51,505 bases of DNA from an uncultured Anaerococcus sp. (GCA_943913325.1 CALTXP010000001.1:1-51505), one strand, 5' to 3'. Positions 30,574 to 39,674 are shown, counted from the first letter of the stretch. Notes: a model not told the origin generated them from the sequence alone. Program-made: numbers and translations.

Positions 30574-30587
30574 TTAGGTTTACCTAA
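30574..30587. promoter_or_regulatory. DtxR/MntR/SirR-type operator
   Basis: Palindrome TTAGGT-TT-ACCTAA just upstream of the tttaca-17 bp-tataat promoter (30595-30623) of the metal ABC operon, which encodes a DtxR-family repressor. Confidence 0.75.
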
Positions 30588-30656
30588 AAATATATTTACA
30601 AAGTGCGAAAAATATATTATAATATTCCTGAATGAAACAAATATAAGGAGTAAAAT

Positions 30657-31619
30657 ATGAAGAAAAGAATTTTAGCGTTGATTTTGATTATGGCAAGTTT
30701 GGTAGCTTGTTCTAATAAAAAAGATATAAATAATGATGATACTCGAGCAAAGATAAATACAAAAGAAGTGACTGATAAGAAAACTATTACAGTTACTACT
30801 ACATTTATAGCGGATATGGTAAATGAACTTATTGGGGATAAAGCAGATATTGAGCTGATTATACCTGCTGGAGAAGACCCTCATCTTTATGTTGCCAAAC
30901 CAGAAGATTTAAAAAAACTTAAAGATGCTGATTTAGTTTTATATCATGGTCTTCACTTCGAAGGGAAAATGGTAGATGCTTTAGAGGCTGTTGGTTATCC
31001 TATAACTGAAACTTTTGATAAAAAAGATATAGGTCAGATGGATGAAGATGGAGAAACTATAGTTGACCCACATTTTTGGTTTGATATTGACCTTTATAAG
31101 GAAGCTTTTACCAATACAGCTAATAAATTAAAAGAACTTTATAAGAATGATGAAAAAATGCAAGATTTAATTGATACTAATTGCAAAAAGTACTTAGCCA
31201 AACTCGATGATTTAAATACTTATGTAGTAGATAGATTAAATGAGTTACCAGAAGATAAAAGATATTTAATAACACCTCATGATGCCTTTAATTATTTTTC
31301 AAGAAAATATGATATAAGTGTTATGGCACCACAAGGTGTATCTACAGATTCTGAGTTATCTAATAAAGACTTAGAGGATACAGCAAGTTTTATTGCTGAT
31401 AAAAAAATAAAGGCCATTTTTGCAGAATCTACCACAAATCCGGAAAGAATGCAGAAATTAGCTGACATAGTAAAAAGCAAGGGTTTTGAAACTAAGGTAG
31501 TAGGTGGAGAGGGTCAAGAACTTTATTCGGATTCTTTATCAGCTAAATCTGGTGAGGCTGACACATATATTAAAATGTATAAGCATAATATAGATCTTAT
31601 GGTCGATAATTTAAAGTAG
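30657..31619 (+). CDS. Mn/Zn ABC transporter solute-binding lipoprotein (TroA/MntA)
   Basis: Lipobox LVAC. Metal ligands in DPHLY, DPHFW, PHDAF, SDSL. Confidence 0.93.
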   Translation: MKKRILALILIMASLVACSNKKDINNDDTRAKINTKEVTDKKTITVTTTFIADMVNELIGDKADIELIIPAGEDPHLYVAKPEDLKKLKDADLVLYHGLHFEGKMVDALEAVGYPITETFDKKDIGQMDEDGETIVDPHFWFDIDLYKEAFTNTANKLKELYKNDEKMQDLIDTNCKKYLAKLDDLNTYVVDRLNELPEDKRYLITPHDAFNYFSRKYDISVMAPQGVSTDSELSNKDLEDTASFIADKKIKAIFAESTTNPERMQKLADIVKSKGFETKVVGGEGQELYSDSLSAKSGEADTYIKMYKHNIDLMVDNLK

Positions 31620-31625
31620 GTAGAA

Positions 31626-32333
31626 ATGGATTATGCAATAGAGGTAAAAAATCTTGATGTTTCTTATGGTAATAATTTGGTTTTAGATAATATAAATGTC
31701 AAGATTCCCATTAATACAAGAAGTGCAATAGTAGGATCGAATGGAGCTGGAAAGTCTACTTTTATCAAAGCTATCTTGGGTCTAATAAAAAAGGATAGAG
31801 GGGAGATTAAAATTTTGAATAAATCTTTAGAAGAAGTTAAGACATCTATTGCCTATGTTCCTCAAAAAGATTCTGTAAATTGGCAATTTCCAACCACTGT
31901 AATAGATGTTGTTATGATGGGAATGTATAAAAAAATGAAGTCCTTTGGTCGTATATCTAATAAAGAAAAAGCTTTAGCTATGGCAGCCTTAGAGGAAATG
32001 GGCATAGCAGATTTAAAAAATAGGCAAATCAATAATCTATCAGGTGGGCAAAAGCAAAGAGTCTTTTTAGCAAGAGCCTTGGTTTCTGATGCTGATATTT
32101 ATATACTAGATGAACCCCTAACAGGAGTTGATATGAAAACAGAAGATATTATATCAGATGAATTTTTGAGACTACAAAAAGGAGGAAAAACAATTATAGC
32201 TGTTCATCATAATATATATACTCTCAATAAATATTTTGATAATCTTGTTGTTTTGAATAAGAATATCAAATATTGTGGACCTTTGTTCATTAATAAAATT
32301 GATGAAGTAATTAACCTCGGATTTAGGAGTTAG
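31626..32333 (+). CDS. Metal ABC transporter ATP-binding protein (TroB/MntB)
   Basis: GSNGAGKST, YVPQ, LSGGQ, LDEP, VHH. Confidence 0.93.
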   Translation: MDYAIEVKNLDVSYGNNLVLDNINVKIPINTRSAIVGSNGAGKSTFIKAILGLIKKDRGEIKILNKSLEEVKTSIAYVPQKDSVNWQFPTTVIDVVMMGMYKKMKSFGRISNKEKALAMAALEEMGIADLKNRQINNLSGGQKQRVFLARALVSDADIYILDEPLTGVDMKTEDIISDEFLRLQKGGKTIIAVHHNIYTLNKYFDNLVVLNKNIKYCGPLFINKIDEVINLGFRS

Positions 32334-32335
32334 CT

Positions 32336-33184
32336 ATGAAGCTTTTGAGTTTATACTCTTTTAAGATAATATTAATAGGAACCTCTCTTTTGGCAATAAT
32401 ATCTGCTATAGTAGGTTCCCTGAATGTTTATAAATCTCAATCTCTTATTGGGGATGCTTTAGGTCATTCAACATATCCAGGAATAATCTTAAGTTTTATG
32501 TTAAGTGGTCAAAAAAATCCAACGATTTTACTTATAGGCGCTATGCTTACAGCTAGCCTTTCTTATTTTCTGATACAGTATTCTAATAGGAATAGTAAAA
32601 TTGGAGCTGATGCAAATATGGCCATACATTTAACAGGATTTTTTGGGCTTGGATTACTTCTTAAGTCATATATTCAGGGTAATCCTGTTTATTCTCAAGC
32701 TAGTAAGGCAGGACTTGATAAGTATATTTTTGGGCAAGCAGCTTATCTTATGAAAGAAGATATTTTTTTGCTTGCTATAGCTTTTTTGATTTGTCTATCT
32801 ATAATTATCTTAAATTATAGAGATATAAAGTGTTATTTATTTGATAGAGAATTTGCTGAAATGATGAGTATAAGAACCAATAAATTAGATTACTTAATTT
32901 TATTTATGACTATTCTAGTCATTGGTCTTGGGATAAAAACTTGTGGTGTAATACTTATTAGCTCTCTATTAATAATACCTACTATTACTGCTGCAAAGTT
33001 AAGTGATAAATTTATAGGAGTTTTGATAATTTCTAGCCTTTTATCAGTCCTTGCATCAGTAGTTGGAAGTATTATATCAACAGCATATGTTGGATTTTCT
33101 ACAGGGCCTACTATTATTCTTTGCCAAGGATTTATAGCTATTCTTGTAATTACATTTACAAAATTTTTAAAGATAAGGAGCTAG
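32336..33184 (+). CDS. Metal ABC transporter permease (TroC/MntC)
   Basis: SLIGDALGH..PG, IFG, FD.EFA. Confidence 0.92.
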   Translation: MKLLSLYSFKIILIGTSLLAIISAIVGSLNVYKSQSLIGDALGHSTYPGIILSFMLSGQKNPTILLIGAMLTASLSYFLIQYSNRNSKIGADANMAIHLTGFFGLGLLLKSYIQGNPVYSQASKAGLDKYIFGQAAYLMKEDIFLLAIAFLICLSIIILNYRDIKCYLFDREFAEMMSIRTNKLDYLILFMTILVIGLGIKTCGVILISSLLIIPTITAAKLSDKFIGVLIISSLLSVLASVVGSIISTAYVGFSTGPTIILCQGFIAILVITFTKFLKIRS

Positions 33185-33187
33185 CTT

Positions 33188-34024
33188 ATGATTGATTCAC
33201 TTATAGTTTTAATAATAACTTCAATAACTTGCTCCTTACTTGGTGTATTCTTGATTTTGAGAAATCTTTCTATGCTTACAGATGCCATAAGTCATACGGT
33301 ATTGTTAGGTATAGTTTTGGCATATTTCTTAGTTAAAGATTTAGACTCTCCTTTATTAATAATAGGTGCATCTTTAATAGGTTTACTGACAGTTTATCTA
33401 GTAGAAAATATAGGTAAAAGAGGAATTAGTAAATATGATGATGCCATAGGTATGGTATTTCCAATATTTTTTGCGCTTGCCGTAATACTTATTAGTAAGT
33501 TTTTTAGGAATGTTCATCTAGATACTGATGTTGTTTTGATGGGGGAAGTTTTATTTTCCTCTTTAGTAACTGCTAATATATTTGGTCATCAGATATCTGT
33601 GGCAATAGTTTATGGAATATTAATTTTGATATTGACTATACTTTTTATAATTATTAATTATCAGAAGTTAAAAATATCTACTTTTGATAATAATTTTGCT
33701 TATTTGATAGGCATACCAACTAGTTTTTTATTTTATGGACTGATGACATTAACTAGTATCACATCAGTTATTTCTTTTAATAGTGTGGGTGCTATACTAG
33801 TTATATCGTTTTTTATAGGGCCTGGAGCTAGTAGTCTTCAACTTGTAAAGAGTTTAAAATCAGCGCTTATAGTGGCCTGCATTATAGCAGCTATAAATTC
33901 TATAGTGGGATTTTATCTTGCCCTATTCTTAAATGTTTCTGTGGCAGGTTTTATTGCATTTATCAATATGATTACTTATCTAGCTATACTTTTAGTTAAG
34001 AAGTATATTAAATATACAAATTAA
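33188..34024 (+). CDS. Metal ABC transporter permease (TroD/MntD)
   Basis: DAISHTVL.GI, VHLD.D.VL.GE. Confidence 0.92.
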   Translation: MIDSLIVLIITSITCSLLGVFLILRNLSMLTDAISHTVLLGIVLAYFLVKDLDSPLLIIGASLIGLLTVYLVENIGKRGISKYDDAIGMVFPIFFALAVILISKFFRNVHLDTDVVLMGEVLFSSLVTANIFGHQISVAIVYGILILILTILFIIINYQKLKISTFDNNFAYLIGIPTSFLFYGLMTLTSITSVISFNSVGAILVISFFIGPGASSLQLVKSLKSALIVACIIAAINSIVGFYLALFLNVSVAGFIAFINMITYLAILLVKKYIKYTN

Positions 34025-34060
34025 GGAATATTTAGTAGTTAGATAAGGAAATTTAGACAT

Positions 34061-34711
34061 ATGTCAGAAGTAAATTCACAAAAGGAAGATTATTTAATAA
34101 CAATTTTCAAACTGATGGGAGAAGGTGAGAAAGTAACTAATAAGTCCATAAGTGAACAGCTTGACTTGGCTCCATCTTCAGTTACAGAGATGCTTAAAAA
34201 ACTTAAAGACCAAGGTCTAGTTAAAAATAGCAAAGAGAATATACTAACAGATAGTGGTATAGCTTTAACAAAAAAGATTTTATCAAAGCATAGATTATGG
34301 GAGTACTTTCTTGAAAAGGAACTAGAATTTTCTTGGAAAGATGTCCATCCTATAGCGAATAATTTGCAATCTGTAACAGATGATGAATTATTAGACAAGT
34401 TAAATGCTTATCTAGGATATCCTGATTATTGCCCTCATGGTTCAGTTATTTTTATTAACAATGAAAGTTCTTCAAAGGATCTTATAAAAATGAATCAAGC
34501 AAATCCGGATAAAGAGTATATAATTAGTAGAATAAGAGATAAAAGAGATTTACTTGAGTATTGCGAATCTATTGATATAAAAATAGGCGATAAAATAAAA
34601 CTTATTGCTTATGATAACTTTGATAATACGGTTATTGTTAAAACTAAAAATAAGGAAATAAGAATCTCTCCGAAAGCTAGTAAAGATATATATTTATTAG
34701 ATGAAAAATAA
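34061..34711 (+). CDS. DtxR/MntR/TroR-family metal-dependent repressor with FeoA domain
   Basis: EDYL, SVTEM, KHRLWE.FL, CPHG. Confidence 0.93.
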   Translation: MSEVNSQKEDYLITIFKLMGEGEKVTNKSISEQLDLAPSSVTEMLKKLKDQGLVKNSKENILTDSGIALTKKILSKHRLWEYFLEKELEFSWKDVHPIANNLQSVTDDELLDKLNAYLGYPDYCPHGSVIFINNESSSKDLIKMNQANPDKEYIISRIRDKRDLLEYCESIDIKIGDKIKLIAYDNFDNTVIVKTKNKEIRISPKASKDIYLLDEK

Positions 34712-34807
34712 AACTTATTATATTGCAAGTTTTAATATTTATTATAAATGGGTATAAAATTAAAGTCACAAAGATAATTCGTTAAATAGTATATAAGGAG
34801 TTAAAAT

Positions 34808-35914
34808 ATGATTATAGGAATACCAAAAGAAATAAAGGATAATGAAAACAGAGTTGCTGTTATACCAGGATCTGTATTAGAACTAAGCAAAAATAATACA
34901 GTTTACATCGAAAAAGGTGCAGGAATTGGATCTGGAATTTCAGATGAAGATTATAAAGAAGCTGGAGCAGAAATTTTAGATACTGCAAAAGAAGTTTGGG
35001 AAAAATCTGATATGATTTATAAGGTTAAAGAACCTCTAGAAGAGGAATACCAATACTTTAGAGAAGGTCTTATATTATATACTTACCTTCACCTAGCAAG
35101 TAATAAAAAATTAGCACAAGCTTTAGTAGATAATAAAGTTATCGGTATAGGTTATGAAACTTTACAATTAGATGGAAAACTTCCATTACTTCGTCCTATG
35201 TCAGAAATTGCTGGACGTATGGCTGTACAAGAAGGTGCAAGATACTTAACAAGCCCAGAAGGTGGAGAAGGAATCTTACTTCAAGGTGTACCAGGTGTTA
35301 GACCTGCAAATGTAGTTGTAGTAGGAGCTGGTACAGTAGGTACAGCAGCAGCAAGAATAGCAGTTGGTATGGGAGCTAGAGTTACAGTTCTAGATGTTAA
35401 TATTGATTCACTTACAGAAATTACAAATATATTCCCAGATAAAGTAGAAACACTTTATTCAAATCCACTTAATATCAAAGAAGCTACTAAAAATGCAGAC
35501 TTAGTAATTTCTACAGTATTAATCCCAGGACGTAAAGCTCCACAACTTATCAAAGAAGAATATGTAAAAGAAATGAAAGAGGGATCAGTAGTAGTAGACG
35601 TTGCTATTGACCAAGGTGGTTCTACAGACCTTACTAAAAATAGACCAACATCACACTCTAATCCAGTATTTAATGAATATGGAGTAGTTCACTATGCTGT
35701 AGCAAATATCCCAGGTGCCGTAGCTAAAACAAGTACCTACGCATTAAGTAATGCTACAACAAAATATGCAAAAGCTATAGCAAATAATGGATTAAAAACA
35801 GCTAGTGAAACATTCCCAGAAATAATTAGTGGTATCAATACATTCGAAGGAAGCATAGCTTACGAACCAGTAGCAGAAGACTTAGGAATGGAATATAAAG
35901 AATTAAATATGTAA
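34808..35914 (+). CDS. ald: Alanine dehydrogenase
   Basis: GIPKEIK.NENRV, KVKEP, YLHLA, MSEIAGR, VDVAIDQGG, NIPGAV. Confidence 0.97.
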   Translation: MIIGIPKEIKDNENRVAVIPGSVLELSKNNTVYIEKGAGIGSGISDEDYKEAGAEILDTAKEVWEKSDMIYKVKEPLEEEYQYFREGLILYTYLHLASNKKLAQALVDNKVIGIGYETLQLDGKLPLLRPMSEIAGRMAVQEGARYLTSPEGGEGILLQGVPGVRPANVVVVGAGTVGTAAARIAVGMGARVTVLDVNIDSLTEITNIFPDKVETLYSNPLNIKEATKNADLVISTVLIPGRKAPQLIKEEYVKEMKEGSVVVDVAIDQGGSTDLTKNRPTSHSNPVFNEYGVVHYAVANIPGAVAKTSTYALSNATTKYAKAIANNGLKTASETFPEIISGINTFEGSIAYEPVAEDLGMEYKELNM

Positions 35915-35934
35915 TATCTTTACAAAGATAGTAG

Positions 35935-35963
35935 AAAAGGAGCTGGTAAAACAGCTCTTTTTT
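35935..35963 (+). terminator. Rho-independent terminator of ald
   Basis: aaaaggagctg-gtaaaa-cagctctttttt. Confidence 0.85.
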
Positions 35964-36029
35964 AATGTAGAATTTTATTGAATACTTAATAAATTATTGA
36001 TTAGAGAAAAGAAATATCTTTGATAATAG

Positions 36030-36240
36030 AATAATAAAACAGTCAACATATAAGGTTGACTGTTGAAAGCTCTCACAGAGTTTGCAAAATTATGCTAAGA
36101 AGAGTTTAAGTGAGAGAGTACAAAAGTTTGAGGGTAAAAACTTTTGTACACGTAGGTAAACAGTTTATACAATTTTTTATTAAGGAAGAGTACGCATTGC
36201 GATGAAAATTAATACGTTAAGCTATAACTGTTTCCTTGTA
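36030..36240 (-). ncRNA. Candidate sRNA (about 200 nt, four hairpins)
   Basis: Tandem stems at 36038-64, 36070-116, 36118-149 and 36154-236. The first stem is followed by a T-run on the minus strand. No ORF-track ORF. Confidence 0.45.
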
Positions 36241-36391
36241 AATATAATAGTAGATAATTGTTTTAAAAATATAAGATCTTTGTAAAGTATTTGTTAAGTA
36301 ATATTTATCACATTATTAAAAATCTATGATAAAATTTATATTTTTATTAGTTTCGATATCTGTTATAATATTACTAGATTAAGAGGAAGAT

Positions 36392-37510
36392 ATGGGATTT
36401 ACTTTATTTACGCTTAGTGAACTAAGCTTATTTTTAATAAATACTTTAATAAAATTTAAAGATCAAAGAGAAAAGAAACTTTTAGCAGGACTAATGTTTT
36501 TTATTATGTTTATCTTTGCAGCCCTTCGTGGTTCTGGGGATGCGGATTACTACAATTACTTGTGGTTTGCTCGTGATATAGGAACCGATTTTTCTAATGT
36601 TATGAATTTTTCATATCCTGTAGAATTTTCTTTTAGATTATTTTCCTATCTAATAAATGTTTTGGGCTTATCTCGTCAATGGATAATTGTAATTATGAAT
36701 ATTTTATCTATTCTCCCTGTAGCCTTTATAAGTTTAAAATATAGTCCAAATCCTTTTTTATCAGCACTTATATTTTTGCCAATCTTTATCCAGTTTGACA
36801 TGCAGACGGCAAGAACTGCTAGTGCTGTGGGACTTGGCTTAATAAGTATATATTCTTTTAGTGAAAAAAGATGGCTGAAAAGCATTTTGTTTTTTTTATT
36901 TGCACTTAGTTTTCATACAGCAAGCATAATTATCTTGCCATTTTTATTTTTTATGGCTTTTAGGATGAGCAATCTTTTTAAGATTATTACAGCTTCTATA
37001 GCCTTTCTCATATCAGTCTTTTCTAGTTTTATGTTTAAAATGCTAGCTAATATATTAGCGGCGATAGGACTTGGAAGGATGTCTACTAAGGTAATGACCT
37101 ATACTTTTACAGGTAAGTTTGCAGGGGCTATGAAATTTTATGATCCTAGAATACTTTTTGCCATAGCTTTATTTATGACAAGCCTAATGTATTTTAACAA
37201 GGATAGTTTTGATAAGTTATCTATGAAAGAAGCTAGTAATAAGGCTATGTGGTTTAGCCTTTTAGTGTTATTGGTATTTAGATCTTCTATTGCTATAGCC
37301 TTTAGATTTTCAACATTTTTTACAATATTAGAGATTATTTACATACCACTTGTTATGGAAGAAATAAAAGAGAAAGATGAGCTGGGCAGATTTTTGATAG
37401 GATTAAGTGTTCTAATATTTTTAATTCCTTATGCCATATTTTTAATGGCCAAGGCACCAGCTTATGATTTTTTCTTTACAAACTTAAATGCTATCCATTC
37501 GTTGAGTTAA
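36392..37510 (+). CDS. EpsG/Wzy-like polysaccharide polymerase
   Basis: About 10 TMs. ALRG.GD.DY.NY, E..F, FH.ASI, RF..FF pattern of the EpsG family. Confidence 0.8.
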   Translation: MGFTLFTLSELSLFLINTLIKFKDQREKKLLAGLMFFIMFIFAALRGSGDADYYNYLWFARDIGTDFSNVMNFSYPVEFSFRLFSYLINVLGLSRQWIIVIMNILSILPVAFISLKYSPNPFLSALIFLPIFIQFDMQTARTASAVGLGLISIYSFSEKRWLKSILFFLFALSFHTASIIILPFLFFMAFRMSNLFKIITASIAFLISVFSSFMFKMLANILAAIGLGRMSTKVMTYTFTGKFAGAMKFYDPRILFAIALFMTSLMYFNKDSFDKLSMKEASNKAMWFSLLVLLVFRSSIAIAFRFSTFFTILEIIYIPLVMEEIKEKDELGRFLIGLSVLIFLIPYAIFLMAKAPAYDFFFTNLNAIHSLS

Positions 37511-37519
37511 GGAGGATAA

Positions 37520-38551
37520 ATGGAAAGAGTAACTATAAAACAAATTATGCAAGCAATCAAAAGAAATAAGTGGCTTGTAATAATTCCGGCCCTTATTTTG
37601 GGACTTGCAATTTTTGGTACAAAAGTGCTTAGGAGCAATTCCTATGAAGCAGAAACTGTACTTATGGTAACTAGTAACGATGAGGAACCTATTAGCTATA
37701 ATAAGCTAATCTTAAATGAAAAGCTTGCTAATATTTACGCTCAATTTTTAGAGTCTGAAGATTTATATGAAAGGGTTTCTGAAAAATTAGACTCAGGTTT
37801 AGAAGCAGAGGATATAGAAAATAAGCTTGACTATGATGTAAACCCACAAGCAGGTGTAATTAGTTTTACCTACAAGGATAGTAACGAAGATCGTGCAAAA
37901 GATACTATTACTTTTATTACTGAAGAGTTTAGATCTTATGCAAAAGAGTATCTTAATATGCAAAACATTGATTACTTGCAAAATGTAGTGGTTAAGGAAA
38001 CTTCAAAAACTCGTGGTGTGATCTTTAGTATAGTAGGTCTAATACTAGGAGCTCTAATAGGCCTTTTAATGCTTATGATCAAGGAAATATTATCCGATGG
38101 AATCGAAGAGGCAGATGATATAAGAGAATTAGGCATTGAGCTTTTGGGAGATGTTTCTGATGATAGCAAAAGTGAATTTGCAAAAATAAGAAAGAAAATC
38201 AGAAATACATCAGCTAAGGCGGTTCTTGGTCTAAGTCCAGTAGATGATAAGATTTATAAGCAAAGTATAGGGCAAATACTAGCGGAAACTTTAAAAGCTC
38301 CAGTGCTCTCTCAAAAAGATATGAGTATTGATCAGATTAAAAGTGAACTTCTATCTTATGAAGAGAATAAAGATTATATCATAATTGAAGAGAATTCGCT
38401 CGATGATCCAATGATTTATGATCTAGCTGATTTAGAAGATTATAAAATTATAGTTGCTAAAAGCTCTATTTCAAAAAAAGAATTGATAAGATATGTTAAT
38501 GAGTTGGAAAGACTTGGTATAAAAGTTTTAGGGGTGATTTATTATAACTAA
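37520..38551 (+). CDS. Wzz/CpsC chain-length regulator fused to a degenerate CpsD-like domain
   Basis: Two TMs with YEA.T.L.V. C-terminus LGI.LLG, DYIII, IKVLGV..N, lacking the GxGKS Walker A. Confidence 0.7.
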   Translation: MERVTIKQIMQAIKRNKWLVIIPALILGLAIFGTKVLRSNSYEAETVLMVTSNDEEPISYNKLILNEKLANIYAQFLESEDLYERVSEKLDSGLEAEDIENKLDYDVNPQAGVISFTYKDSNEDRAKDTITFITEEFRSYAKEYLNMQNIDYLQNVVVKETSKTRGVIFSIVGLILGALIGLLMLMIKEILSDGIEEADDIRELGIELLGDVSDDSKSEFAKIRKKIRNTSAKAVLGLSPVDDKIYKQSIGQILAETLKAPVLSQKDMSIDQIKSELLSYEENKDYIIIEENSLDDPMIYDLADLEDYKIIVAKSSISKKELIRYVNELERLGIKVLGVIYYN

Positions 38552-38861
38552 GCGTTTTATATTTGCTTTGGCAATAATATTAGTATCCTGTCAAAATCCA
38601 GAATCCTATAGAGCTAAGGATATAGAGATTAAGGAAAATATTAAAAGAGAAGCTATAAATGAAGATCCTCAAATAAATGGAATGTATGAAGTTACTGAAG
38701 ATACTAATCTTTATTCTGACCTTGATGGTAAAGAAGCTTTTGATACGCTAGATAAAGGATCTATTGTAACAATTCTTGAAGAAGAGGAAGATGGTTTTAT
38801 AAGAGTAGATTATAATGGGAATGAAGGATATGTGAAGGTAAGTTTACTAAAAGGCATCTAA
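38544..38861 (+). CDS. SH3b-domain lipoprotein (start uncertain: ATA 38544 or TTG 38568)
   Basis: In-frame TKRFIFALAIILVSC signal peptide and lipobox. C-terminal TNLY...L.KG..V.ILEE..GF.RV.YNG.EGYV. Confidence 0.7.
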   Translation: MTKRFIFALAIILVSCQNPESYRAKDIEIKENIKREAINEDPQINGMYEVTEDTNLYSDLDGKEAFDTLDKGSIVTILEEEEDGFIRVDYNGNEGYVKVSLLKGI

Positions 38862-38991
38862 GCATCTATAATTAGTAATATTATAAGGAGTAAATGATCT
38901 ATCTTTATTAATAGAAGGTAGGTTAAATTATGTATTATAAGCTCCTTATTTTAATTTGCAAAAATTTATCAAAAAGTTATAATATACATAT

Positions 38992-39063
38992 GCACTAGGG
39001 GTGCCTTATAGCTGAAAATATACCCTTAAACCAGTTCAAGGTAATGCTTGCGGGGGAAGGTGT
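38992..39063 (+). ncRNA. TPP riboswitch (variant) upstream of thiT
   Basis: ctaggggtgc...gctgaaa..atacccttaaacc...caaggtaatgcttgcgggggaagg. Followed by an acctc/gaggt hairpin covering the RBS. Confidence 0.8.
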
Positions 39064-39104
39064 CTAACCTCTTATTAGCATTGTGCTAGAAGGAGGTATT
39101 TTTT

Positions 39105-39665
39105 ATGGGAAATAATAAAAATTGGACAACGAGAATGTTAACTGAGGGAGCTATTTGCTTAGCTTTATCCTTTGTTTTAGGGCGTATTAAACTTTTTACT
39201 ATGCCTCAAGAAGGTTCAGTTACTGCTGGACAAATGATTCCTTTGATAATATATGCTATGAGATATGGAACAGGAAAGGGATTTGTTGTTGGAGCCTTAT
39301 ATGGAATTATAGATATGATGTTAGGTGGGGGGATATACCATCCTGTGCAAGCAATCCTAGATTACCCATTAGCATTTGGACTTTTAGGTCTAGCTGGTAT
39401 ATACGCAGAAGAGTTCCAAAAAACTAAATCAATAGCACCTGTATTAAAAGGATCTGCTATTGGAGTTTTAGCTAGATTAATTTGCCATGTATTATCAGGA
39501 GTTATATTTTTTAAAGAATATACACCAGAAGGAATGAATCCTTGGGTTTATTCAATAAGCTATAATGGATCTTTCTTAGCGGTAGAATTTATAATAACTG
39601 TACTAATCATCTACTTATTAAGAAATTTCTTGACAAGAGATTTACCTAAATTAGAAAATAGATAA
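39105..39665 (+). CDS. thiT: Energy-coupled thiamine transporter S component
   Basis: MPQ.GSVT, HPVQAILDYP, H..SG.IFF..Y.P.G, YS.SYN. Preceded by a TPP riboswitch. Confidence 0.92.
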   Translation: MGNNKNWTTRMLTEGAICLALSFVLGRIKLFTMPQEGSVTAGQMIPLIIYAMRYGTGKGFVVGALYGIIDMMLGGGIYHPVQAILDYPLAFGLLGLAGIYAEEFQKTKSIAPVLKGSAIGVLARLICHVLSGVIFFKEYTPEGMNPWVYSISYNGSFLAVEFIITVLIIYLLRNFLTRDLPKLENR

Positions 39666-39674
39666 TATTTTTTG

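Noticed and set aside
38883..38949. Long hairpin (ataaggag...ctccttat) as a separate ncRNA or small-ORF RBS
   Set aside because: Best explained as the terminator region of the wzy cluster. The short ORF after aaggag is only a few codons.
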